Positions 1 through 9,646 of a DNA stretch of 39,517 bases are shown here, in pieces. The DNA is from Betaproteobacteria bacterium (GTDB lineage Bacteria > Pseudomonadota > Gammaproteobacteria > Burkholderiales > SG8-41). The notes beneath the pieces were generated by a model. That model did no database searches. It was not told the DNA's origin and worked only from the letters and a program-made list of their open reading frames with translations. How positions within the stretch are numbered: the stretch's first letter is position 1; each line of letters begins with the position of its first letter. A program made the translations under genes and the position numbers. The DNA lies in NCBI GenBank assembly GCA_025360445.1, contig JANYCE010000273.1:1-39517 (forward strand). The letters run 5' to 3'.

Positions 1-1
1 C

Positions 2-301
2 GCGGGTCAGGTTGCAACGCATCCGTTCGTAATCGGCGAACTTGCCTGCGGCAATCTCAAGTCGCGCGAAACAGTGCTGTCACTCCTGCGCGCGCTGCCT
101 GTCGTGCCGGTTGCGGATGATGATGAGGCGCTGTTTTTGATTGAACAACGCGCCTTGATGGGCCGCGGCATTGGTTACATCGATGCGCACTTGCTGGCCG
201 CGACCGCGATTGCAACCCCGACACGCCTGTGGACGCATGACAAACGCCTCGCCGCGATTGCCGCGGAACTTGCGTTGGCGCATCGGGCCACCGCAACTTA
301 A
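2..301 (+). CDS. vapC: PIN-domain type II toxin VapC, 5'-truncated by the window edge
   Basis: Frame 2 is open from nt 2. The translation ...HPFVIGELACGNLKSRETVLSLLRALPVVPVADDDEALFLIEQRALMGRGIGYIDAHLLAATAI..LWTHDKRLAAIA matches the C-terminal pattern of VapC/PIN toxins. The antitoxin would lie upstream, outside the window. Confidence 0.7.
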   Translation, partial: AGQVATHPFVIGELACGNLKSRETVLSLLRALPVVPVADDDEALFLIEQRALMGRGIGYIDAHLLAATAIATPTRLWTHDKRLAAIAAELALAHRATAT

Positions 302-365
302 GTGCGAGCGCTGCCCTTCACTTCACTTCATCCAGCGAGATCCGAATAACCCTTTGGGAGGCAGC

Positions 366-663
366 ATGCATTTTCTGGTAATCAGCACGCCGGCAGCCGG
401 CAAACCGACGGACGTGCGGGCAGGACAGCGGCGATGGTGGGACTGGATCAACGCGCTTATCGCGAACGGTACTGCGAAACACGTTTATACCAAGCTCGGG
501 CGCGGCGCCGTCATCGTATTCGACGTCTGCACTCGCAACACTGCACAAGCTCGTGAATCAGTGGAACGAGTTGGTGCCGGCGACTTTCGAGGTCGAGGCG
601 TTGCTGCCCAAAGAGCATCAGGAACGGATTGCCAAGGCGGGTACCAGCCCCATAGACCGGTGA
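366..663 (+). pseudogene. Small muconolactone-isomerase-like (dimeric alpha/beta barrel) protein, interrupted by a frameshift near 525-535
   Basis: ATG at 366 follows a GGGAGG Shine-Dalgarno at 353-358. The N-terminal frame reads MHFLVISTPAAGKPTDVRAGQRRWWDWINALIANGTAKHVYTKLGRGAVIVFDV and then becomes Arg/Gly-rich junk. The +1 frame from about 526 reads SALATLHKLVNQWNELVPATFEVEALLPKEHQERIAKAGTSPIDR* with its stop at 661-663. The joined FDV-S..LH.L....P...EV..L..H pattern resembles muconolactone delta-isomerase-like proteins. Confidence 0.6.
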
Positions 664-667
664 CGGC

Positions 668-1633
668 ATGAAGTCCAATTGGTGCGGTGCCGTGACTGGT
701 CTCTTCGCGGTTCTATCGAGTCAGACCGTCATTGCCCAGGCGTATCCGGTCAAGCCGGTGCGGCTGGTGCTCGGATTTGCACCGGGCGGCAGCACCGACG
801 TGGTGGCGCGGCTCCTCGCGAGAAAACTGACCGAAAAGGTGGGCCAGTCGTTCGTGGTGGAAAATCGCAGCGGGGCGGCAGGCAACATCGCCAGCCAGCT
901 CGTCGCGCGCTCAGCGCCCGACGGCTATACGCTGCTTTATATAACCAGTACAGCGGCGGTCAATGTCAGCCTGTATGCGAACCTGCCGTTCAGTCTCGTC
1001 GAAGACTTTGCCGCGGTGAGCCCGGTCTGCGCCATACCGAGCATCCTGAGCATACATCCCTCGCTGCCGCCGAAGACCGTAAAAGAATTCATTGCACTGG
1101 CGAAGGCGCGCCCCGGCGAAATTGCGTATGCATCGGCAGGCAATGGCAGCGCGACGCACCTCGCATCCGAGCTGTTCAAAACCCTGGCGCAGATCGACAT
1201 CCTGCAGGTGCCGTATCAGGGTTCCGGCCCCGCCATGATCGGCCTCCTCGGCGGACACGTCCAGATGCAGTTCGTCTTCAACGCGTCGCAGGTCGCGGCC
1301 AACGCGAAAATCGGCAAGCTGCGGCCGCTGGCCTTAACGTCCCAGCAGCGCTTACCCAGCATGCCGGAACTGCCGACGATGCAGGAAGCCGGCGTCAAGA
1401 ACTACGAAGCGATCGTGTGGAACGGCATTGTGGCGCCCGCAGGAACACCGCGCGAGATCGTCCTGCAACTCAACGCGCAAACGGCGCAGGCGATGAAGGA
1501 ACTCACGCCCGCACTCACGGAAATCGGCGCCTACGCTATGGCAGCGACGCCGGAGCAGTTTGCCGGCTTCATCAAGAGCGAAGTCGGCAAATGGGCGGGC
1601 GTCGTCAAGCGTGCCGGGGCCCGTGCGGAGTAG
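668..1633 (+). CDS. Bug/TctC-family tripartite tricarboxylate transporter substrate-binding protein (periplasmic)
   Basis: 321 aa with a signal peptide (..LFAVLSSQTVIAQA). Typical Bug motifs: YPVKPVRLVLGFAPGGSTDVVARLLA, ENRSGAAGNIA, APDGYTLL, VPYQGSGPAMIGLLGGHVQM. Confidence 0.9.
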   Translation: MKSNWCGAVTGLFAVLSSQTVIAQAYPVKPVRLVLGFAPGGSTDVVARLLARKLTEKVGQSFVVENRSGAAGNIASQLVARSAPDGYTLLYITSTAAVNVSLYANLPFSLVEDFAAVSPVCAIPSILSIHPSLPPKTVKEFIALAKARPGEIAYASAGNGSATHLASELFKTLAQIDILQVPYQGSGPAMIGLLGGHVQMQFVFNASQVAANAKIGKLRPLALTSQQRLPSMPELPTMQEAGVKNYEAIVWNGIVAPAGTPREIVLQLNAQTAQAMKELTPALTEIGAYAMAATPEQFAGFIKSEVGKWAGVVKRAGARAE

Positions 1634-1645
1634 CCGAGTAGCCTT

Positions 1646-2638
1646 ATGCTAACCATAGTGCTTGTCCAGCGATTTAGATTTTCAGTGTTACTGACCGCAC
1701 TCTGCGCGTTCAGCAGCGCGATTGCTGCAGAACGGGTGGCCGTAGCGCCTGGCTACCCGAACAGGCCCATCCGGTTCGTTGTGCCGTTTACCCCGGGTGC
1801 GCTCAACGATCTGCTCGCGCGTCTGATCGGCGAGCAGTTGGGGAATCAATTGGGCCAGCGCGTCATCGTCGACAACCGGCCCGGCGCGGGTACGATGATC
1901 GGCAGCGAGCTGGTCGCGAAGTCCAGTCCGGACGGGCACACGCTGCTGCTCGCGTCGGCGCCGCTCGCCATCAATCCGGGCCTGTACCCGAAGCTGCCAT
2001 TCGACGCCATACGCGATCTGGCCGGTGTGACTCAAATCGGCGCGTTGCCTTTCGTGATCGTCTCCAATCCGCAGTTCGCCGCCACGTCGATCAGGGAGCT
2101 GGTGACGCTTGCCAGTGCGAAGCCGGGACAATTCTCCTATGGCGCGACGATCAGCGGGCAGTTGATGGTCGAGATGTTCAAGTCGGCGGCCAAAATCGAC
2201 ATCGTGCATATACCTTACAAGGGCCTCGCTCCCGCCATGACGGACGTGATCGGCGGGCAGATTCATCTTACGCTCGGCACCTATTCATCGCTGGGCCCTC
2301 ACGTCAAGGCGGGCAGGCTGCGCGCATTGGCCGTCACGAGCAAGATCCGCACGCGCACCGCCCCCGAGATACCGACAATCGCCGAGGCGGGCTACCGGGA
2401 TTTTGATGCGACGACCTGGTATGGCGTCTCGGTTGCCGGCGGCACGCCGAAGAACATCGTCGCGCTGTTACACTCGAAAATCGCGGGAATCCTTAAGCAG
2501 CCCGAAATGGATTTGCGTCTCGTTGCAGAGGGCGTCGACGTGATGGCGAGTAGGCCGGAGGAGTTCGATCTCCTGATCCGGGCAGAAACGGCGAAGTGGG
2601 GCAAAGTAATCAGGGAAGCCGGAATCAAGGGCGAATAG
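1646..2638 (+). CDS. Second Bug/TctC-family substrate-binding protein (tandem paralogue)
   Basis: 330 aa with a signal peptide (..ALCAFSSAIAAE). Motifs: YPNRPIRFVVPFTPGALNDLLARL, DNRPGAGTMIG, SPDGHTLLL, IPYKGLAPAMTDVIGGQIHL. Confidence 0.9.
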   Translation: MLTIVLVQRFRFSVLLTALCAFSSAIAAERVAVAPGYPNRPIRFVVPFTPGALNDLLARLIGEQLGNQLGQRVIVDNRPGAGTMIGSELVAKSSPDGHTLLLASAPLAINPGLYPKLPFDAIRDLAGVTQIGALPFVIVSNPQFAATSIRELVTLASAKPGQFSYGATISGQLMVEMFKSAAKIDIVHIPYKGLAPAMTDVIGGQIHLTLGTYSSLGPHVKAGRLRALAVTSKIRTRTAPEIPTIAEAGYRDFDATTWYGVSVAGGTPKNIVALLHSKIAGILKQPEMDLRLVAEGVDVMASRPEEFDLLIRAETAKWGKVIREAGIKGE

Positions 2639-2647
2639 GAGCGGGCA

Positions 2648-4096
2648 ATGAGCACTGTCAGCGTGCACGACATAAGCAACACAGCGGGGACCGGGCACGT
2701 GGCAAAACCGCGCGCACCGGATGCATCGGAAATCATCGCCGCGCATCTCGCGCGCATGCAGTACGCGGATCTGCCGCGCGGCGTCGTGGAAGCGGCCAAG
2801 GCGTCCATACTTGACACGCTGGCGTGCGTGCTTGCGGGTACCGGCTGCGAAGACGTGATTGCGATCAGGTCGCTGACGGCGAAGTGGGGCGGACGGCCGA
2901 GCAGCACCGTCATCGGCCAGGCCGGTATGAAGGTCCCGCCCGCGAGCGCGGTGCTCGCCAACGGCGCGGCCATCCATCAATTCGATTTCGACGACACGCA
3001 CGACCGCGCGGTGATGCATCCCTCCTCCGCCAGCCTCGTGCCGGCGCTCGCGGTCGCGGAGGAAATCGGCGGCGTCTCGGGCAAGGAGATCATCACCGCG
3101 GTCGCGCTCGCGAACGACCTCTCCAGCCGCATCGGACTTGCGACACGCGGCCGCATGTGGGACCACCCGTGGTTCCGCGCCCCCGTGATCGGTCTCTTTG
3201 GGGCCACCGCCGCGGCGGCAAAAATCATGGGGGCCAACGCCGAGCAGCACCTGCACGCGCTGGGGCTCACATTGCCGCAGGTAAGCGGCACGTGGGCGAG
3301 CCTTCATCACAAAGGCTCGAGCGTGCGCTCGATACGCGACGGGCTCGCCTACCGCAACGGCGTGCTCGCCGCGGAACTCGCGATGCAGGGCATCCGCGGC
3401 GATGGCGAGGTGTTCGACGGACCTTACGGTTTCTATCGTGCGTTCTTTCGCGGCGAATACGATCGCAGCGAACTGCTGGATGGACTCGGCACGCGCTACG
3501 AGACCGAGCGCGTGTCGCTGAAACCGTGGCCATGCATACGGCACCTGCACACGACGCTCACCGCCGTGCTCGATTTGATGCACGCGCAGAAACTCGCGTT
3601 CGGCGACATCGCCGGGGTGATGCTGCACGTTGGTCAGGTAAACCTTGACCGCTGCCGTCCGGTCGCATTGGGGAGCATCCCCGCGAACCACATCGATCTC
3701 GCCGGCAATATGCACTTCGCCGTCGCGGCGGCGATACTTCACCGCGGTATCCCGCTGTCGCTCTACCACGACCCCAAACTTGCCGACGAAGTCGTGCTGA
3801 CCGCGATGCCGAAGGTGCGCTGGCAATATGATGCGAGCCTCGACGGCCACACTTTCGAGCCCGCGCGCGTCGAGATCACCACCACGCACGGGCAGCGCTT
3901 CAACGCCGAGTGCAGTGTCGCGCTCGGCCACCCTGACAATCCGATGACGCTCGAGCAGCGGATCGGGAAGTTCATGGACTGCGCTTCAGCGGCAGCCACA
4001 CCGGTCCCGAAAAGCAAGGCCTTGCAGATCGTCGACGCAGTCACCCGGCTCGACGACTGCGCCGACATCGACTCGCTGATGAGGCTGCTCGCATGA
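2648..4096 (+). CDS. MmgE/PrpD-family protein (2-methylcitrate dehydratase-like; substrate unknown)
   Basis: 482 aa. The N-terminus (..IAAHLARMQYADLPRGVVEAAKASILDTLACVLAG) and overall length are typical of the MmgE/PrpD family. The stop overlaps the next start as ATGA at 4093-4096. Confidence 0.8.
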   Translation: MSTVSVHDISNTAGTGHVAKPRAPDASEIIAAHLARMQYADLPRGVVEAAKASILDTLACVLAGTGCEDVIAIRSLTAKWGGRPSSTVIGQAGMKVPPASAVLANGAAIHQFDFDDTHDRAVMHPSSASLVPALAVAEEIGGVSGKEIITAVALANDLSSRIGLATRGRMWDHPWFRAPVIGLFGATAAAAKIMGANAEQHLHALGLTLPQVSGTWASLHHKGSSVRSIRDGLAYRNGVLAAELAMQGIRGDGEVFDGPYGFYRAFFRGEYDRSELLDGLGTRYETERVSLKPWPCIRHLHTTLTAVLDLMHAQKLAFGDIAGVMLHVGQVNLDRCRPVALGSIPANHIDLAGNMHFAVAAAILHRGIPLSLYHDPKLADEVVLTAMPKVRWQYDASLDGHTFEPARVEITTTHGQRFNAECSVALGHPDNPMTLEQRIGKFMDCASAAATPVPKSKALQIVDAVTRLDDCADIDSLMRLLA

Positions 4097-4869
4097 GCGC
4101 CAACGTAGTGGTCGAAACACTAGCCGAAGGCGTCCTGCAGATCAGGCTGAATCGGCCGGAACGCATGAACGCGCTCGACCTCGCGACGAGTCAGAGTCTG
4201 CACGAAGCATTAAAGAACGCCGTCGCGGCAAATACGCGGGTACTGCTGATTCGCGGCACCGGCAAAGCGTTCTGTGCCGGCGCGGACTTGAAGGAGCGGC
4301 GTGGCATGGATGCGGCGCAACGCGCCGCGCACAATGCGGCGATCAATGCCTTCATTCAGGCGCTCGCGAGTGCGCCGATGCCGACGATAGCGGTGATCAA
4401 CGGGTTTGCGCTCGGCGGCGGTTGTGAGGTTGCGCTCGCCTGCGACTTGCGGCTCGCCGCCAGCGACGCGATGATCGGATTGACGGAGACCCGCGTCGGC
4501 GCGATCCCCGGCGCCGGGGCGACCCAGCGCCTGCCCCGCCAGATCGGCAGCGCCCTCGCGCTCGAGTTGATGTTGACCGGCGAACCGATCACAGCCATCC
4601 GCGCCGCGGAGATGGGACTGCTGAATGCGGCGGTGCCCGCCGCGCTGCTGGATGAGAGAGCACGTGCGCTGGCGGCCGTCGTGGCTTCGCGCTCGCCATT
4701 GGGACTGCAGGAAATCAAGCGTCTGGTCTACGCCGGCTTCGACCTGCCGCTGCGGGAGGGATTGCAGCGCGAGCGCGAAGGGTTGTTGCGGGTACTCGCT
4801 TCGAACGATTACGCCGAAGGACTCGCCGCATTTGCAGAGCGGCGGCCGCCGCGATTCAGCGGTGAATGA
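4093..4869 (+). CDS. Enoyl-CoA hydratase/isomerase (crotonase) family protein
   Basis: 258 aa with crotonase signatures: RPERMNALD, FCAGADLKE, INGFALGGGCEVALACDLRLA, GLTETRVGAIPGAGATQRLPR. Confidence 0.9.
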   Translation: MSANVVVETLAEGVLQIRLNRPERMNALDLATSQSLHEALKNAVAANTRVLLIRGTGKAFCAGADLKERRGMDAAQRAAHNAAINAFIQALASAPMPTIAVINGFALGGGCEVALACDLRLAASDAMIGLTETRVGAIPGAGATQRLPRQIGSALALELMLTGEPITAIRAAEMGLLNAAVPAALLDERARALAAVVASRSPLGLQEIKRLVYAGFDLPLREGLQREREGLLRVLASNDYAEGLAAFAERRPPRFSGE

Positions 4870-4887
4870 ACCTTAGAAAGGACGCCT

Positions 4888-6102
4888 GTGAGCACAGCTA
4901 AACCACCAGAGAACAATGGCCGGTGCGGTCCGCTGCACGGCATCCGGGTCATCGATGCGTCGCGCGTGTTGGCGGGCCCGTTTTGCGGTTCGCTGCTCGC
5001 CGATCTCGGGGCGGACGTGATCCGCGTCGAGCATCCGACGAAGCACGATGAGGTGCGCTCGTGGAAGCCGGCAAAGAACGGGGTGTCGGCCGCCTTCGCC
5101 GCCGTAAATCACTCGAAGCGCGGGGTCGTCATCGACCTCGCCGCGCCTGATGGATTGCTGGTTTTCCGGCGCCTGCTGGCAACTGCCGATGTGCTGATCG
5201 AGAACTTTCGTCCGGGCACGCTCGAACGGCTCGATCTGGGCCCGCCTGCCCTGCGCGAAATCAACCCGCGGCTGATTCATTGCGCGATCCGCGCTTTCCC
5301 GGCAGGTACGGCGGGAGAGGACTTGCCCGGATACGAGGCGTCGCTGCAAGCCTACTCCGGCATCATGAGCGTGACGGGCGAGCACGCCAGCGATCCCGTG
5401 CGCTGCGGCGTCAGCGTCATCGACCTCGGCACCGGCATGGCCTCCACCATCGCGATACTCGCGGCCTTGCGCGAGCGCGACCGCACGGGCAAAAGCCAGT
5501 ACGTCGAGCCTGCGTTGCTGCGCACGGCGACGAACTTTCTCAACTATCAGATCGCGGGTTATTCGCTCGCGAACGTGCTGCCCCAGAGATTCGGCAGCGG
5601 CCACGAAATGCTGGTGCCGTACAAGAATTTCCAATGCGCAGACGGGGCGCTGCTGATCGCCGCGGGCAACGACCGGTTATGGGCGCGACTATGTGAAGCG
5701 CTGGCGTTGAAAGACGAACAAGGCGGGTTGCCGTTGCCGACGCTCGCGCTACGCATCGCCAACCGCAAAACCGTCAACGACCTTGTGGGCTCGGCCGTCG
5801 CCGGTCGCAAACGGCAGGCAGTGCGGGATGCGCTGACCGCAGCGGGCATCCCCTGTTCACCGGTGAATACCGTCGCCGAGTACGTCGCCGATCCGACACT
5901 CATCGATGCAGGCGTTTTGCAGAACGTGGGGATCTCCGGAGAAAATGTTGCATTGGCGGGCAGGCTCTTCGACGCGGATTTTCTGTCAGGGGTCCGCCAT
6001 GCGCCCCCCGCTCCCGGGGAGCACACTGAAGAGGTTTTACAATCGCTCGGGTTTGGCGCTGCGGAAATCGAGCAGATGCGCGCGCACGGGGCGATCAAAT
6101 AG
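4888..6102 (+). CDS. Family III (CaiB/BaiF) acyl-CoA transferase
   Basis: 404 aa. GTG start preceded by GAAAGGA. The motif LHGIRVIDASRVLAGPFCGSLLADLGADVIRVE is the classic family III CoA-transferase N-terminus. Confidence 0.88.
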   Translation: MSTAKPPENNGRCGPLHGIRVIDASRVLAGPFCGSLLADLGADVIRVEHPTKHDEVRSWKPAKNGVSAAFAAVNHSKRGVVIDLAAPDGLLVFRRLLATADVLIENFRPGTLERLDLGPPALREINPRLIHCAIRAFPAGTAGEDLPGYEASLQAYSGIMSVTGEHASDPVRCGVSVIDLGTGMASTIAILAALRERDRTGKSQYVEPALLRTATNFLNYQIAGYSLANVLPQRFGSGHEMLVPYKNFQCADGALLIAAGNDRLWARLCEALALKDEQGGLPLPTLALRIANRKTVNDLVGSAVAGRKRQAVRDALTAAGIPCSPVNTVAEYVADPTLIDAGVLQNVGISGENVALAGRLFDADFLSGVRHAPPAPGEHTEEVLQSLGFGAAEIEQMRAHGAIK

Positions 6103-6429
6103 ATGGGGTCCGCGATGAATCAAGCGACACGCGGGCCTGGCCCGGACTCTTCACGAGTCTCGATGGATGGACGACACACTGTCGAGCATTTTCATAGTGT
6201 TCATGAATAATGCAGGCCAGACCATGCAGCACTCAAGCCTAAGGAGGGCCCATTGACCGCACCACGGGAAAGCACAAACGGCAGGATCACGTAAGAAGGC
6301 GTCGAGCAGTTACGGCGTCGCATGAACAAGGTCTATCCGCTCAGGGAGCCTTTCATCCGTTACGTGAATTCGGACAGCATCCGTCATGCAGCGCGCGCAA
6401 TCGCGGGACGTGAACCCGCTGTGGATCAA

Positions 6430-6540
6430 TCCCGCACCCTGCACGATCGCGGCACGCAACGTGGCATTGGGGGCGAGCACGCCGTGAAAACAGGTCAGAT
6501 GCAGGCGCGGTCGCGGCGATTTCAGGAATTGGCGGCCTGC
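6430..6540 (-). mobile_element. Short remnant of an IS91-family (Y2/rolling-circle) transposase C-terminal region
   Basis: The minus-strand translation ..FLKSPRPRLHLTCFHGVLAPNATLRAAIV.. matches from memory the conserved PR.HL.R(F/Y)HGV(L/F)APN..LRA block of IS91-family transposases. Only about 25-35 aa are recognisable and there is no start codon. Confidence 0.4.
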
Positions 6541-6544
6541 TGAT

Positions 6545-6758
6545 ATGTCACGCTGTACCGCGGAACACTTTGCACCAAAAAATGCACATGTTCTCGAGCC
6601 GCCCCGATCTCCAAAACTTTCACCTCCTAGCGCTTTTCAATTTCTAGGCACGTATCCTTCAAATCCTCGTCGACTTCCGCATCTATTACCGCTCGCCGAT
6701 ATTTCTCTGGAAATACCAAGTGATACATCAGCACCGTTACAGTGTGGCTTTTGTGCAT
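6545..6758 (-). pseudogene. IS200/IS605-family Y1 transposase (tnpA) pseudogene: in-frame stop and 3' truncation
   Basis: The minus-strand translation from ATG 6758 is MHKSHTVTVLMYHLVFPEKYRRAVIDAEVDEDLKDTCLEIEKR*EVKVLEIGAAREHVHFLVQSVPRYSVTY. It has the YHLVF..KYRR block and an HUH motif (HVHFLV). An in-frame TAG sits where a Tyr is expected, and similarity is lost at about 6545, before the catalytic Tyr region. A small GC palindrome CGCCGCAAGCGGCG at 6788-6801 lies about 30 nt upstream. Confidence 0.65.
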
Positions 6759-6853
6759 ATATTCGCTTATCCCTCCAGTCTAACCAACGCCGCAAGCGGC
6801 GGGGAATTAGACCCGAAGCGAGATAAAAAAAACGGGCCATCTTTTCGCGAGGA

Positions 6854-6880
6854 CTTGAATTGATTGCAGCGCGCCCCCAT
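6854..6880 (+). promoter_or_regulatory. Sigma-32 (RpoH)-type heat-shock promoter for grpE
   Basis: CTTGAA (6854-6859), a 15-nt spacer, then CCCCAT(aa) (6875-6880), compared with the consensus CTTGAA-N13-17-CCCCATNT. It lies 32 nt upstream of the grpE ATG. Confidence 0.6.
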
Positions 6881-6911
6881 AAGGGTAGGAACGGTAAATT
6901 GAGGGGACGCA

Positions 6912-7475
6912 ATGCAGGACGAACATCAAGCAACCACGCCCGCCACGGCCACCGATCGGCTATCCACTGAAAAAGAGCAAACCGGCGGCGAGATTAACGC
7001 GCCGGATAGCATGCCGTCGACGGAGACGCTGCTCAAGCAGGCTGAACTCGCGGCGCAAGAGCATCACGACGCATGGCTTCGCGCCAAAGCTGATGCCGAC
7101 AATATTCGCAAACGCTCGCAGGCCGATATTGCCAACGCACACAAGTATGCGATCGAAAATTTTTCCACCGAGTTGTTGGCTGTTAAGGACAGCCTTGAAG
7201 CCGCGCTCACTGCGGGCAAAGTAACTGCCGAGAGTCTTAAAAGCGGCGTTGAGCTTACTTTGAAGCAACTTAACGCAGCCTTCGAAAAATTTCGCGTCAT
7301 CGAAATCCATCCGATCGAGCAGAAGTTTGATCCGCACCGCCACCAGGCGATTAATACGGTTGAGTCGGATGCCGAGCCAAATACAGTGGTGCAGGTATTT
7401 CAAAAAGGCTATTTGCTCAATGACCGGGTAATCCGGCCGGCGATGGTGGCGGTGGCGAAAGCGAAGGCAGGTTGA
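6912..7475 (+). CDS. grpE: Nucleotide exchange factor GrpE
   Basis: 187 aa. GAGGGGA Shine-Dalgarno upstream. GrpE pattern: [43 protein letters not shown] ... [10 protein letters not shown] ... [14 protein letters not shown]. Confidence 0.95.
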   Translation: MQDEHQATTPATATDRLSTEKEQTGGEINAPDSMPSTETLLKQAELAAQEHHDAWLRAKADADNIRKRSQADIANAHKYAIENFSTELLAVKDSLEAALTAGKVTAESLKSGVELTLKQLNAAFEKFRVIEIHPIEQKFDPHRHQAINTVESDAEPNTVVQVFQKGYLLNDRVIRPAMVAVAKAKAG

Positions 7476-7493
7476 GGCGCGCAGGTCAGCAAG

Positions 7494-7518
7494 TTGAAAG
7501 TGGTGGGATTATCCCCAT
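7494..7518 (+). promoter_or_regulatory. Sigma-32 (RpoH)-type heat-shock promoter for dnaK
   Basis: (g)TTGAAA at 7494-7499, a 13-nt spacer, then CCCCATAT at 7513-7520, in the grpE-dnaK spacer. Confidence 0.6.
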
Positions 7519-7590
7519 ATCAGGTGCATGGAATAGCATCGCGTTCGTAGGCGGCCAGCGCAAACATATTATGGAAAAAAAGGGAATGAC

Positions 7591-9525
<1,935 letters not shown>

Positions 9526-9548
9526 AATGCGCCAGGCGTTTGGCACGA

Positions 9549-9584
9549 GGGGTGAGGCGAAGAGCCTCGCCCCTTCGCCGTTTT
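9549..9584 (+). terminator. Rho-independent terminator after dnaK (probably partial)
   Basis: Stem GGGGTGAGGC (9549-9558), loop GAAGA, stem GCCTCGCCCC (9564-9573) with one G-U pair, followed by TTCGCCGTTTT. Confidence 0.6.
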
Positions 9585-9646
9585 AAACGCGCTTTTCATT
9601 CACCGTCATATGCGAACACCTATCGTCCTACGCATGATCGAGAACC

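Noticed and set aside
679-1641. A 320-aa same-strand ORF in an alternative frame of the first Bug gene.
   Set aside because: Its translation is dominated by Arg/Gly/Ala runs. The overlapping frame (668-1633) carries clear Bug/TctC motifs and a signal peptide.
1628-1643. An 8-bp tandem duplication, GAGTAGCC GAGTAGCC, spanning the stop codon of the first Bug gene.
   Set aside because: It is too short to distinguish from chance or a trivial slippage event. It has no functional implication beyond a duplicated in-frame stop context.
6103-6300. I looked for further transposase remnants or a small gene in the first 200 nt after the CoA-transferase stop, and for continuation of the IS91-like frame below 6430.
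   Set aside because: None of the six frames gave a recognisable motif. The expected ..WA.LLKRVF..CP.CGG.. block of IS91 transposases is not convincingly present, so only the short 6430-6540 fragment is reported.
9541-9557. TGGCAC at 9541 as a possible sigma-54 -24 element upstream of dnaJ.
   Set aside because: The required -12 element (TTGC, 5 nt downstream) is absent; the sequence there is GTGA. The segment is better explained as the 5' flank of the dnaK terminator hairpin.
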